Shown here: positions 1 through 13,426 of the stretch, piece after piece | How positions within the stretch are numbered: the first letter of the stretch is position 1 | Layout: every line of letters starts with the position of its first letter | NCBI GenBank assembly: GCA_016748015.1 | Contig: JAAOMT010000009.1 | Coordinates: forward strand, 576,459-640,458 | Direction: 5' to 3' | DNA from: Geosiphon pyriformis uo1 | Lineage: Eukaryota > Fungi > Glomeromycota | DNA length: 64,000 bases | Notes under the pieces: model-generated | What the model saw: the letters and a program-made list of their open reading frames with translations, nothing else | What the model was told of the DNA's origin: nothing | Databases searched by the model: none | Made by a program: the position numbers and the translations under genes

Positions 1-390
1 TAAACTTTATTTTAGTGTAAAGCTGTAAATTATCAATTAATTTATTAGTATAAAAGTATTTACTTCTGGTTTGAATTTTGGTTATTTAAATATTAATATT
101 ATAATTATCATAAATAAAAATTAATTAAATATGTATTAAAAATATTAAAGATTTTTGATAAACTTCTAATAGTTTAATTGTTGTTTAAAAACAAATAATT
201 AGTTTTTGTATTAAGTTTATATGTTAGTACTACTTTGAATAAATACTTAAATCAAATATTTGTTTTAAATTTTTTTATAGTTAGAGTATTTAATAAGAAT
301 ACTTTTATTATTTTAAGTAGTAATTTTAATAAAAATAATACAAAATACAATACCAACTTTAAGAAATATTTAGATTTTAACTTGGTAATT
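1..390 (+). pseudogene. Old degenerate LINE (LINE0), ORF2 endonuclease fragment, part 1
   Basis: Translates to FTSGLNFGYLNINIIIIINKNL...KKYLDFNLV, collinear with the endonuclease of the younger LINE (FSSGLDSGYVGASVAIVINRSL...KRCHDLGLV); extremely AT-drifted; continues at ~17110. Confidence 0.7.
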
Positions 391-520
391 TTTTATTTAT
401 TTATTTAACAAGTGAGGTTCAAACACTACTTAGAATTATACATCAATGAAATAATCTAAACTAAGCATAAATCATGCTTTTTTTACACGTGACCAGCCAC
501 TCAAGCCAGTCAAAACAACA

Positions 521-3500
521 CTACACACTTATATTAACAGAAACTGGGTCATCAATACCTGAAAAAAACAAACAAGACTTGTGAAAACCAAAATGGACAC
601 CAAAAGCTTCAGCAATACCAAGTAATTTAATTACACCAGCTGATAACACCAAAACCAAACCAGAGACCAAGATAGAAATCGAGCCATCTACAGGGATGAG
701 ACCATTCTTTTCCATAAATGCATGATACTTAGCACAGACCAACCAAATATCATTCCTAAAGGCAAAACAAATAGATCGCACAAAATCAGAAATTTTAATA
801 CTAGCAACTTTGGGATCATGAAAAATGGAAATAGCCTCCCGAAGCCATTTATTGAAAACAAAACTCTTGTAAAGAGCTGAGAAAACTGGAAAATTCAAAG
901 CACAAATTGACAGCAGCTGCAATACACCCAAAAAAGGAAGAGAGAGACCAGAAAGCACCCTCCAAGAAGACATACAAGATTCCAAGACCTGACAACGAGC
1001 TGAATCATCAACTACACAAGAAAACACATGGTTAGATACCTCCACCTCATCACAATACAGACACAGAACACTAGGATAACATTTGTTATAAATGCACTTC
1101 CAAACAGCTACGGGAAGCTAACAGTGCAAAGCTTTTATGAGGTAAGTTCGAGTATCAGCAGTCAGCCTGCTGGTAAAACCAGTGGCCATATGTAAATCAG
1201 AGTGCCAAACTCTGGAAAAACAAAGCCAATTAACATCCAAACACAAATCACCATCTAGAAATCTAGAATCAGACCTGACCTCCCAACACGCTCAACAAAC
1301 AGCATGAAAAACATCATGAACAAAGTGTCTAGAATTACCAGACACAACACCACCATCCGCCAATAAAAAATGTTCATCAACACAAGGAGAAAAATACCAA
1401 CCAGAGAGAAATGCAGTGTCAACAAGACTATTAGCATAATTATCCCTGAGATACCAAAGTGGCCCTTAATCTTGCACCATTTAACCCTCAAATTCTTACT
1501 GCGAATAACATTCCTAATATGCTGACACTTGACCCAACACTGATTGCAAAAATCAGGATACATTAGGTTAAACTCTAACCTACAAGCATCCAAAGCCGCC
1601 TGACTATCTGAAAACAGATGGACAGAATGAGCTACAGGCATGCACTCTAGAGCCAATGCAATAGTTTGCAGCTCCACTAAAGTGGATGATATTAAGCCCT
1701 GAACACCAACATCTAAACCCAAATTAATGTTCTCAAAAAAACAGCAGTTCTGGCTCTACAACCAATTATGCCCAAATTTTTTACTGAACCATCTGTGTAC
1801 ACAGACAAGCTATCAGTGTCAACACGAAAGAGATGATCACAGACAGATATAAAATCATTAGAACCATGAATGTCCAGAGGGCCAACACCAGCCAATGCCA
1901 AGAGAAAAGAATAAGGAGCCACAAGAAAAACAACAGAAATATCAAACCAATCAGGAACTGGACCATGAGGGTTCAGTCTCTTCCACTTCTTAAAAGTGTG
2001 CCAACTAAAGACACTACCAAAATGATCATGAAGCTAGTCCACAAAAACAATGCCATACTGCCAGAGAGAAGATAAAATCTTATAAAATAGAGACTTACCA
2101 AGAACAACAAATATAGGTATTCTACTGTAAAACCAGAAAAAGCTGGCCAAAGAGCCACCCAAAGATAACTTGCAGTCGAAAAGAATGTAAACCATATCAG
2201 CTAAAAAATTATTTGAAACATTAACACAAATACAAGCAGAGAAAACCAATGGATAGACAGGTTACCAACACTGGACCTGTAAGTCATAAGATCTGTGACT
2301 GAACAAGTGCCCAAAATCTTACCAGAGTTTGCAAAACTAATAAGCAAAGCAACTTTACCCTCAAATTGATACTGCAAAAAAGACTTTAAACCATAAAAGA
2401 AGGGGTGATGAATTGTATCACTAGGGAAGTCCAATAGAAGACCAGATTTTAGCTTCAAGTCCTTGCAGATCAAAGCATCTCATTTGTCACACACATCAAC
2501 AAGAACAAAGCTAAACTGTGTCCTATAGCTTACAATAGGGTGAAGAACTACCAAAACCAAATACAAGAACTGTTTATCTGAGACAGCTTTTCTTAACATC
2601 AAATTAGTAAAAAAGTGAACATCTGAATGCGCTCTCACCAAACTAGGTTTGAAAAGACTCTCTGTTGAAAGAAAAATATTCAGGTATCTATAAGACTTCC
2701 CCTTTTTGGTGATTGAAATAGGCAGACCACTGATAAAGAGAGAAGGATTGTTGACTCTGCTGTTAATAGGAATCACCACTGTCTTGTCGTTGTTAATTAA
2801 GATATCATTGATTCGAAAAAATTCACTGGCAATATTGAGAATATGTTGAGTAGTGCTTTGACTGCTACCAACCCAAATTATATCATCAACAAAGACACCA
2901 GCAACAAAAAAAGAAGAATGTCCAGCACAAGATTTGACATGACCATTCTTGGAAATAAAATAAGAATTCAGTCTATATTCACATATACTCTTTTGGCACT
3001 TGACCTCACACAACAAAGGGTCATAAAATATTTACCACAAAAGAGAGGAGAAAACTTCTCCTTAATTTAGGCCATCATGTACATGATAATTATTTGTCAA
3101 ACCAAAATCAGTCATAACCTAGTTGGTACGATTATTGTGAATGTTGTCAAAAAAACAAATAAATTTGCTACACATCTTAATCCTAACCAAACTATTTTTG
3201 AAATGTTCCCAGCCAACTGAATCATATGCTTTCTGCATGTTTTACAGAACCAGCCAGAGTTTTTGGTTCTTTTCCAAAGCGTCCTCAACCACTGAACCAA
3301 TTGTGAAAATAAGAGACTGAGTTGTTGTACCCTTTAAAACTGAGAAATTGTCCCCATGAAAGACATCAAAAGCACTACATGCCAAAGAGATTCTGTCAGA
3401 AAGAATCTTAGAAAGAATTTTACAAGCTGTTTTGATCAAAGCAATAGGACAAGTATTGGTTAAGACACACTTTTATTCATACAGTTTGGGAATCATTGAG

Positions 3501-5163
3501 ACTCAGGCCTCCTTCCAAGGGTTAAGCACCAATTTATCAGACAGACAAAAGTTCAGAATCACCAAAAGCATATCCAGAACAGACTTATTACAATGTTTCC
3601 ATAGTTCATTTGAGATACCAAACAAACCAGCAGCTTTGTCATCAGACAAGTCAGAAACCACCTTAAAGAATTCATCAAAACCAGAAAAGATCTCATCAAA
3701 AACATATTCCAAAGGTTGATATTGATAATGCCAATCAATCAATACATCATCAGCCATGTGACACTTCCTGGTTCATCTCTCCATAATTATATCCATCTTA
3801 GACTTAACCAAATCAGATCATCATCAACCACCAGATGGTCTAACACCATTTTATAAAACAGACGCTCCAGCACACTCCTGATCATATGACCCTTGTTGAC
3901 CTTAAAGCTTACCATTCTCCTATCAATGGCAGACCTAATGTTTGCTTCCTTGGCTTTCAGAGATTCAGTAAGTTTAGAAGCATGATAAGACTTCCTAGCA
4001 CCAAAAAGAGCAGAACAAATATGATCAGAACCAGCACCAGAATCCACCAGATTTTGAACAACAGAAGACCTGACATCATCCACAGAACTCCAGCATTTTA
4101 TAAGATAAACAAAGTTCTCAGCATCCTCCCCATGTAAAGCCTTAGCAATCCTGGAAACCAAAAGCTCTAATTTATGAAATTTTGAAAAATCCTTGGTGAA
4201 AACTTCATCAAACTCTTTGAACCACTTTTTTTTGAAAATTTTATTAGCCAAAAGAGTCATAATTTTGTGTACAACACACCACATAGTGTCCAAATCTGAA
4301 AACCTCACAGACGCAGTGAATTCACCCAAGAACATTGCAGTATTTGCCAGCATAGAATGTTTAAAATTATCCCATTTGGCCTTATCAGCACCCTTGAAAT
4401 TGAACTTCTATTAATCCTTATTCATCTGTTTGCGAAGGGAGTTTAATCTTGTATCTAAAAGACCACCCAAACCCAAAGACACAGAAACAGCTCTGTGATC
4501 CATGTCAAAATGCTCACTAACAACAAAAACACCATACTGCATTATTGTATTCACCAGATTCGAGGAAATAAACACATAATCAATTGTCTTTGAAACACCC
4601 CAAGAATTGCTCTAAGTTGGTGCCTTAAAGGAGCTCTCACCCAAAGAATTAACCAAACCCAAGTCATGGCACCTTTTAAAACTAGCACACTTACGAGAGC
4701 CATCTTTGTTGAAATCACCACCAAGAATGACAAAAGAAGATTCATTCACAGCCTTTGCAATCAAAAAATTGATCTCATCAGCTTGGGAAAATTGAGTAGC
4801 CAAAGAGGCACTAGTATACAAACCCAGAATTGAAACCAAAAGTTTGTTTTTGAAAAGTAATCTAATGCAGAGAAGATAACTCAGAATCTTAGAAACCTTA
4901 TATACATGTCTGGCCAAAGATCTGTTTATAACAATTGCAACACTAGCACCTACATAGCCAGAGTCCAAACCAGAAGAAAACACACAAACATCATCAAATT
5001 TGTTGACCAACCAAGGGTGAGCCTTATTTTTTAACTTTGTCTCTGTGAAAATCAAAACCAAATTGTCCATATCTTTATATTATCAAACAATATCATCCTG
5101 TTTTGCAGGATTGTTCATGCCCCTTATATTACACATGGCAACTTTCCAAACCAAGACACTTAT
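521..5163 (-). pseudogene. LINE1 ORF2: AP endonuclease, reverse transcriptase, RNase H, C-terminal Cys/His motif (many stops and frameshifts)
   Basis: WKVA.CN.RG, ETKL, GGDFN (endonuclease); PIALI, GVFVDD (RT); YTDGS, FSDSQAA, K.KGH.G (RNase H); CLYC..VEVSNHVFSC; start decayed to ATA and overlapping the ORF1 TAA. Confidence 0.9.
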
Positions 5164-6729
5164 TAAGAAATAAAGGCAGCCAACGAACCCAAATCTGAGC
5201 ACAAATAATCCAATTTTTCCAAAACAGATTCAACCAAAACTTCCAAAGCCACTATCTTGGATTCTAAACCACTGATTTTGGTAGTCAAAACTTTAGAACT
5301 ACTTAGACTGATAACAAAAGCTGTATCACTGATGACAGGAGGAGTGGAATTGGAAATCACTAAGGCACTATCCAAAACCATATTTGAATCTGAACCTGAA
5401 ACTGCAGACACCGGAACTACTGTGGAAAAAGCATTAGATGTAGTCATCATAGGCACCAGTTTCATGGAATCCAATTTCTCCAAAATACCAGACACCTGAT
5501 CAGCCAAAAGTTTCATAGAGCATTCCAAAGAAGCCAAACAATCATACACACTATGATCACTAGGCAAAGCAGAAGTAAATAGAGAGGTCTCAGCAACAAA
5601 AGATGGACCGGAACCAAAAGGAACTGAAGAAAACACTCAAGGAGAGGAGCCATCAGCTACCTGAGCCCAAGTTTTACCACCAAAAAAAACCAAACAGGCA
5701 ATAGGAGCTTGTTTTTTCTTATAAATACCAGTTAGATGAATTTGATCTTGATCAAATACCATTCACTTCCCACGAATTCCAGAATTCCCACCAATTGAAC
5801 ATATATCAGAAATATGACCAAATTGTTTATACTTGGCACAACAGGCCAAATAAAGACCAGTTCAGTACAAATTTACACCCCTATAAACTGAAACAGAACC
5901 AATAGCAGCTAATTTGGATGCCTCATTATCAAAACAAACCACTGCACATCTATTATGAGTATATGAACTAGGATTATGGCCAATAAAGCAAGTTTTCTCA
6001 TTATAAGAGGTCACTAAATCTGACAAATCATGAACAGTGGTACCAACTGGAAATGTATACAACAAAGCCCAGTGATAATCTCTGACCACTCATGATTTCT
6101 TGTTATTTAACACCAATACAACACAAACAGAATCCTTACCCACAAGAACGAACCACTTAGAAGCAACCAAGCTAGCCATATTTGATGACTCAAATTCTAC
6201 TAAAGCTTTTTGCCAAAGCCCAATCAGTTGCATCCTAATTGAGATCACCTGACTAAACTTAGAAAATACTGATTCAATCACCAATCTGGAAAGATCTACT
6301 GAGATCTTCTTGACTATCACTTCCCAATCTGAACAGATGTTTGGTTTCCTAACATCAATATTTACCAAAATTTTTTTACTGACTGCCAATTCCTTAGCCT
6401 TCTTTAGACTCTCAATTCAAATGTAAAGAAGAATCTGATAATCCCAGAGAATTTTGAGGGAGTTGATGCCCTTCCAAAACCATTAATTCGATAGAAGATT
6501 TTTTTGAGTGCAATTAACTTATCACTATTTGTTTTTTTAGACACAACAGACAACTCAACATCCAATGCGAACGATTTGACTGGCTCAAAGCTATATTTCC
6601 CCACAACATGTGATCTGGCAGGCAGCAGCTGATTGGAACTAACGAACTTTGAAAAAAGAAGACCAAGCACACTCTCATCATTGCTCATAGTATCAAATGT
6701 TGGAGCCTTTGGAGGGTTGTCCAACACGT
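5163..6729 (-). pseudogene. LINE1 ORF1 (RRM-like + CCHC knuckle), 3' part
   Basis: RRM-like segment (SVFSKFSQVISIRMQL...ALVEF), knuckle remnant CAKYKQFGHISDIC, coiled-coil-like C-terminus, stop at 5163. Confidence 0.8.
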
Positions 6730-7706
6730 TGTTACTAGATGAAATTAGAGATATTATTTAGCATGAAATTATCTTTATTTTTATCATTAATTAGCATATA
6801 TTATTATTTTAAATTATTACCTATTACATTAGCAAAATGTCTGAAATTATCATTTAATTAATAACCCAATTTGTACATAACACAAATGTAACCTAAGTGC
6901 GATGATCAATCATGCAATATCCCGAAATATGTAACATTCAAATGTTCACCGAAATTTGTAGAAATTTGCCGAAATAATTGACAGTTTACCAAAATATCTA
7001 ATAGTTCACAGAAATAACTTGTAGTTTGCCGAAATGTATCTTTAGTTCAGCAAAATTGTAGAAAAGAACAAAGTTCAAGTTTATAGAATAGTGTTATAAT
7101 AAGTTGTATAAAAAAAGAGCTTCTCTCTTCAAGAAAATATATCTTACTTTAGATTTATTACTTAGAACCATTCCTACACACACAAAAAGAAATAAATATC
7201 AAATAATTCAAAAAACCAAATTCTTTAATTATTGCACTTGAAAAATCCTCAAAATCCAACTAACATTTTGGAATTGATTAGCTACCAATTTTAGTAAACT
7301 GTTAGTGACTCCAGGCCTGAATAGAAAATGTTTCCCTTGATAAAATCCTATTTTTTTTACATTTTTTTTATTTTTTTTTTATTTTCTTATTTTAATCATT
7401 AGAATAGCCTACAGACAAGATTCCTGTAGAAGAGTTGACTTTCACAGCAAAGTAACTACACATTTTTAGTGAGCTTCCAGATGAGCAATTCCTGGAAAAG
7501 AGTTGACATTTACTACAATGTAACTACACAAAGCAACTGGCATGGAATTGGCTATTCCATTTATAAGCCCAGCAGTTCAAATTATAAAAGATAATTTGAA
7601 GATAAAATTCAGTTATCAGAGGTTTAAACAATTCCCATAGTCATGAATTAACAGCATTACAACAAACATACAAGAGCTAAGAAGAGACCAAAAACCTTCA
7701 GTAACA
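6730..7706 (+). repeat. 5' LTR of element A
   Basis: Direct repeat of 15620-16596; TG...CA; same family as the LTRs of B. Confidence 0.97.
6941..7060 (+). repeat. U3 tandem array, ~6 units of 19-21 bp, core AGTT(C/T)(G/A)CCGAAAT
   Basis: Visible repeats upstream of the TATA-like TATAAAA at 7107; present in all A/B/O LTRs. Confidence 0.8.
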
Positions 7707-7708
7707 TT

Positions 7709-7724
7709 TGGTGCTCTCCTACAG
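7709..7724 (+). promoter_or_regulatory. Primer-binding site of A (TGGTGCTCTCCTACAG)
   Basis: TGG 2 nt after the LTR end, complementary to a tRNA CCA end; tRNA identity uncertain. Confidence 0.85.
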
Positions 7725-7751
7725 AAACAACACAGCAAAAACAACTTCAAA

Positions 7752-10700
7752 GTAGCAACTACACCAGACACAACAACTCTAGAGTATTACCAGTCAATTT
7801 ACACCTACTGCAAGCAAAGATTTAACATTCCAGACGGAATTGAAGTTGTCAAGAAATCAGTATACCAATACATTGAAAACCACATCAACAATTATCTTTT
7901 TGGAAATTACAATATTTCAGAAGTTAGAAGCAATCTTTACAATAATTTAATACACTATTCACAATTGGAAACTGAAGACCTTAACAGTGAAACACTTGCC
8001 ACTTACTTTCAAGAACTTAATTTTAACATTATCAAGTACTGTGAAGAAACATATTCAGTGCAATCTCAATACTCTATTGATTTTAAATCAGAGACAGAAA
8101 CAAGCAACAAAGACAAACAAAAATTGAAGCAATACTTAAAAACCACTTCAAATACTCCAATACTACCAAAAACAACTGCCAAATACTTACAAACACCTGA
8201 ACAAAGAACCAGTTCAAAACTTCCACTTACTATCACACCTTTTTCAGCTTCACTTGCACAAGCACAAACACCTAATTCACCCTTAAATCAATTTGCAAGA
8301 CTAGAAGATTTTACATCACCCAAAAGTCTCACCAGACAACAAAAACCCCTTCAAACTAGTTCCAATCTCCTTGACTTTCTAGCTGAAAATCGAAGTGAAC
8401 ACTCTGAGACAGCAGCGAACAAAGAAAACGACTCTGAAATATCTGAAGAAGAATTAATAGACAGTAAAAACAAAGAAGACAAAATAACAGCATACATTGC
8501 AAAAATCCCTGAATTTAATGAAGAAGACATTGAGACCAGTCTCCAAGAATGGTTTGACCAAGTTACTAAAGCTAGAGATACAAATAGATGGAATGCTGCC
8601 AAAATGTTAAGAACAATTCCCTACTTTCTCAAAGGAACAGCAGATAAATGATTCGAAAACTTAACCACTCCTTTTAATGACTGGACAGCTTTCAAAACTG
8701 CCTTCTTAGAACAATTCACCGATAACAATACTTCAATCACACTTCGAAATTGTTTTCACAATATCAAACAAGAACCCTCTGAATTTGTCATGACTTATAT
8801 TGGAAAATTCAACAAACTTCTCAGACAAATTTGCCAACTTGAAACTAATAATTATTATTCTGATGCTCAAATCTTGGATCAATTTATTGCTGGTTTAAAG
8901 AATAAACTGATTAAAAAGGTTCACCCACATGTTTCAGAAGATTTAAACTCTGCCATTCAGCATGCAAAAAGATATGAAATGGCCATAGAAGAAGCCAATC
9001 ATACAAAACTCGTGAACTTAGCCATTGGAAAGACCAGCTTAGCAGCTAAAGAGAAAATTAACCAACTTACAAAGAAAGTCAAAAACTATTTCACCAATTA
9101 ACAACAACAGCAATCCCAAAGATATCAACCACCCCAAAGACAGAATTAAAACAACTTCGTATTATCTTCTAATAACCAGCCTCAGAATTGCCATTACTGT
9201 GGAATCTCTAGCCACTGGAAAAAAGATTGCAGAAAGCTACAACAAAACCAACAAAACAGGAGTAATCAATGTTACCCTTCACCACAACAATCTTATTACC
9301 AATTACTACTACTACCAGCTTACTATCCACCAAGACCACAATATCAAACCAACTACTATCAACTTGCTCCACAGCCAATGCAACAACAGTATTGACAACT
9401 CATTCAACATTACCAAGTATCTGCTCGAAGATTGGTTCAACAAAACCAATTTGCACCACAAAACTGATTCACAATAAACAACAACAAAATCAACCCAAAT
9501 AACCAATTAGTTCCCCAAAATCCAGTTCAGCCAAGACTTATCCATTATTATACTCAACCTAGCTATTTTACAATATCTGAAGAACAGGATTTTCACCATA
9601 CTGTACTCTCGGAAGGTAGAGCTGCAGCATGACAACAAAACCCTTCCTATACTCCTACCACAATCCCACCAGCCAGAATTGCTGAAAATGCCAATCTTTC
9701 AGATATATTCCCTTTTGAGTTTGAAACAAATGAGTCATCATTCCTGCTTAGCAATACAGCTACCAACAAACAAAAAGCAATCACTACTATGTACACTGAA
9801 GCAGAAGTCAAAGGAAAGGCAATTCGCTTGATCCTAGACAGTGAATCTGCTGGAAGCATTATCACCTACCAGTTAATGCAACAGTTAAAGAGAAATGTCG
9901 ACTGACCAGCTTAAACAGTAATTGTTACTAACAATGGTATAAAAAAGACTCCAGTAGGAGAAATTGACAATTTTCTGTTCACTCTTGATAGAATCATCAT
10001 TCCAGTCAAAGTTCTTGTAATAGACATGCCCCAGTATCAAGCTCTTGTCAGAAATGATTGGCTCCAAAAAGCCAATGCAAAATTAGACTGGAAAACCCAA
10101 GAATTACAACTTTTCTATCAAGAACAACATGCCCGAGTACCCACTACTTGTGGTATATTTAACAAACAATCAGAGAAAACCCCTGTCTTTGAATTTGAAG
10201 AAAAAGAAGAAAAGCCTGTAGTTGAAACATTTATGGCATTTAAATCAACATTCAACTGAACTGAAGAAACTGAGCAAACATATTTTGCAACAAACTCATA
10301 TTCAGAGGAACTAGAAACCCCTGAATAGAACATCCCATATTCTAAACCAGAACCAAAGAAATGACACCCTTACATTTCGCTCAAATGCAAGGACTGCCAC
10401 AAGAAACTCTCTTCAATGGGAGCCTGCATTTCACCTGAAAAAGAATATGAAAATCATACTTGTTATTATTGCAAGGCTTGCCACAGAGAATGATGGAGCC
10501 ATTTAATAAAAAGAAGTGGAAAATAGGACAACACCCCTTGTTTGACTTGTAGAAATATGTTATCAGAAGAATGCAATTGGATTGATGTAGCAATGAGAGG
10601 AGGAGTATGCAATCAAACCTGCCAATATGCTTTATCAATTTTAGAAAAAGTCAAAAGAGAAACACTTTTTGATGCAGCATACAACAATGCTTTCAACAAA

Positions 10701-13380
10701 CTTTATTACTACCCCCATAATGCTAAGATAATTTTCGACCTAACAATGGCATTAGTTAATGGAGCTACCAAAGAAGATGTTTGTCAAATGAAAGAAGCAG
10801 AATACATTGAATACACCATGGAATTAGCTGAATTCGATTATGAAGATGAAGTAAAAGTGTACTATCAAATCGCAAGTCATACCTACCTGACTAAAGAAGT
10901 TCAAGCTCAATGGCTAGAACAAATGAACATTAAATTATATAAGAAATGCATAATGCCTTGTGATGAACAATGATGTTCTGAATGCTATGCTCTTAGCATT
11001 CCCTTGCCTAGCAAAAGTGATAAATACGAAATTGAATTTGGAGAACCTGAAACAACAGAAAAAATTGAAACAACACCTATCTATCTCATCGAAAATCAGC
11101 CTGTCTTACAACTTAAATACTTCAACAACAATGGACAAGAAATAAAACCCGAAAAAGCACATGAAATTGATGCTGGATATAACCTAAGATATCCAGACAA
11201 GGATACTCTCATTCTCAAACCCAAATCTCTCACAAAAATCAATCTCAAAATTGCTCTCAAAATTCTGCCAAGAGCAATGGTTCAAATTGCCTTCCAGTTC
11301 TCTCTGGCAAGCAAAGGAATCAATATCAGAGGAGAAATAATTGATGCTGGATATACTGGTGACATAACAGTAATACTCCAAAATAAAACTGACAAGCCGT
11401 TTAAGATTAAACATGCCAAGAAAATTGTCCAAGTCATTTATTTACCCTTAATCAACATTTCGGGTTTACAATTAGTCAATCAAAGAGAACTATTGGGAAA
11501 AAGTGAAAAAGAAACCCAAGGTTTTGGTTCAACTGGATGATTCACAGTTTCAGTAAACATAGCCCTCAACGAACAGAAAGAATTTCACCAGATTTTACGA
11601 CTTCTACAACCAATTACTATTTCACTCTTTGGAGAACACTCTGAAATTTACACTTGTGAAAAGCCAACAACCACACAACAAATTTTTGAATCCAATAAAC
11701 AAATCTGCTTGGAACATAATATCTCGATCCCAAATATTTATATTCCAGAAGGAACAAAGAAAATCCAAGTTTACTTTTTACAATCCCAACAATTTCCCCA
11801 TAGTTTTATTAAATAACTTAGAAATTGGAGTTATTCACAATAATATCTTTTAACAAAAATTACCCCAAACAGTCCCTGATTTCTCTGAAATTATTGGACA
11901 TTTACTCCCAAAAATCAACCCAAACCCCAGCTCTGAAAACTACCACGTTGGCATGGAAAAACTATCTCGAATTAACATAGGACAACTTGAACCACAACAA
12001 CAGAGCCAGCTCAAAGAGCTAATTGCAGAATTTGCCGATATCTTTGCCAAAAACAACAATAACTTAGGAAGAACCAATTTGGTTCAACACCAAATCTATA
12101 CAGAAGATGCCAAACTAAAATGACAACAAGCTTACCAAGTTGCTCTAGAAAGTCACCAATTTATCCGAGAAGAAGTACAATGGATGCTTAACAATGAGCT
12201 TATTCAATTATCAATGAGTCTATGGGCCTCATCTGTGGTCCTAGTTAAAAAGAAAAATGGAAAGATACAATTTTGTGTTGATTATTGACAACTCAACAGT
12301 GTCACTATTAGAAATGCCTACCTTCTTCCTCGAATCAATGACATGTTAGATGCCCTTGAAAAGTCCAAATACTTTTCAACATTAGATTTAAAGAGTGGAT
12401 ACTAGCAAGTTGCTATGGACCCCAAAGATCATTCCAAAACAGTTTTCACAACCCAAGAAGGAAACTATGAATTCAATATAATGCCTTTCAGATTATGCAA
12501 TGCACCAGCAACATTTCAGAGATTAATGGATATTGTGTACAAAAGACTCCTTTGAAAGTCAGTAGTTGTTTATCTTGACAATACTAATGTTTATTCTCTA
12601 TTATTTGAATTACACTTAAAACACTTATGAGAAGTTTTTCAATGATTACAAAAAGCAGGACTGAAACTCAACATCGAAAAATACTACTTTGAAAAAACAA
12701 GCTTGGCCTTTCTTGGTTACATCATTAGTAAAGATGGAATTAAACCAGACCCTGAAAAAATCAGCACTGTCAAAAACTTCAAAACTCCTTAAAACACTAC
12801 AGAACTAAGAGGATTCATAGGGTTAGCCTCCTACTATTGGAAGTTTATCAAAAGATTCTCAGAAATTGCAAAACCTCTCAACCAGCTTACCACTAAAAAC
12901 GTTGAATACAAATAGACTGCTGAACACCAAAATGCATTTGAAATCCTCAAAGAAAAACTAATGACAGCTCCAATTCTTGCCTACCCAGATTTCAGTAACC
13001 GATTCCGGTTAGCAACAGATGTCTCTTATACTGCTTTTGGTGCCATCCTATCACAGTTAGATGACAATGGAAATGAGTGAGTAATTGCTTATGCTAGCAG
13101 AACATTGAAACCAGCCAAAAAAAATTATTCTGCAATAAAATTAGAAACTGCAGCAGTAATCTGGGCCCTACATTACTTCAACCTTTATCTCAGACCCAAA
13201 GAATTTGATATTATCACTGATAATATTGGACTCAAATGGCTTCAGAACAAAAACACTCAGTTAAACACAAAACAAACCTGATAGACAGGATTTCTAGCCA
13301 ACTACTGATACATTGTACACCACAAACCAGAAAAACTCCACACCAATGTTGATTGTCTCTCAAGAATGAGGCAAGATTAG
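7752..13380 (+). pseudogene. A ORF1 polyprotein: Gag (CCHC) - aspartic protease - Cys-rich domain - dUTPase - RT - RNase H
   Basis: Retrotrans_gag-like region, CHYCGISSHWKKDC, LILDS.SAGS, dUTPase motifs, YLD(N), RNase H; terminal TAG at 13378-13380; many nonsense codons. Confidence 0.9.
11090..11540 (+). pseudogene. dUTPase domain of A
   Basis: Motifs DAGYNL, SLA, IIDAGYTG, I.Q, GFGSTG. Confidence 0.9.
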
Positions 13381-13426
13381 AATACAAAACCAACACCCAT
13401 TTGAATTAACAACAAAACAACAAACA

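Noticed and set aside
6941-7060. CRISPR-like repeat/spacer appearance of the LTR arrays
   Set aside because: Units are only 10-22 bp, degenerate, inside LTR U3 regions, and there are no cas genes
7477-7510. Possible hammerhead ribozyme (CAGA(C/T)GAG...GAAA) in the A/B LTR
   Set aside because: Core reads CAGA rather than CUGA, and no proper stem II or cleavage triplet could be built
11004-11540. Host dut gene
   Set aside because: Embedded in frame in the retroelement polyprotein and repeated in each element
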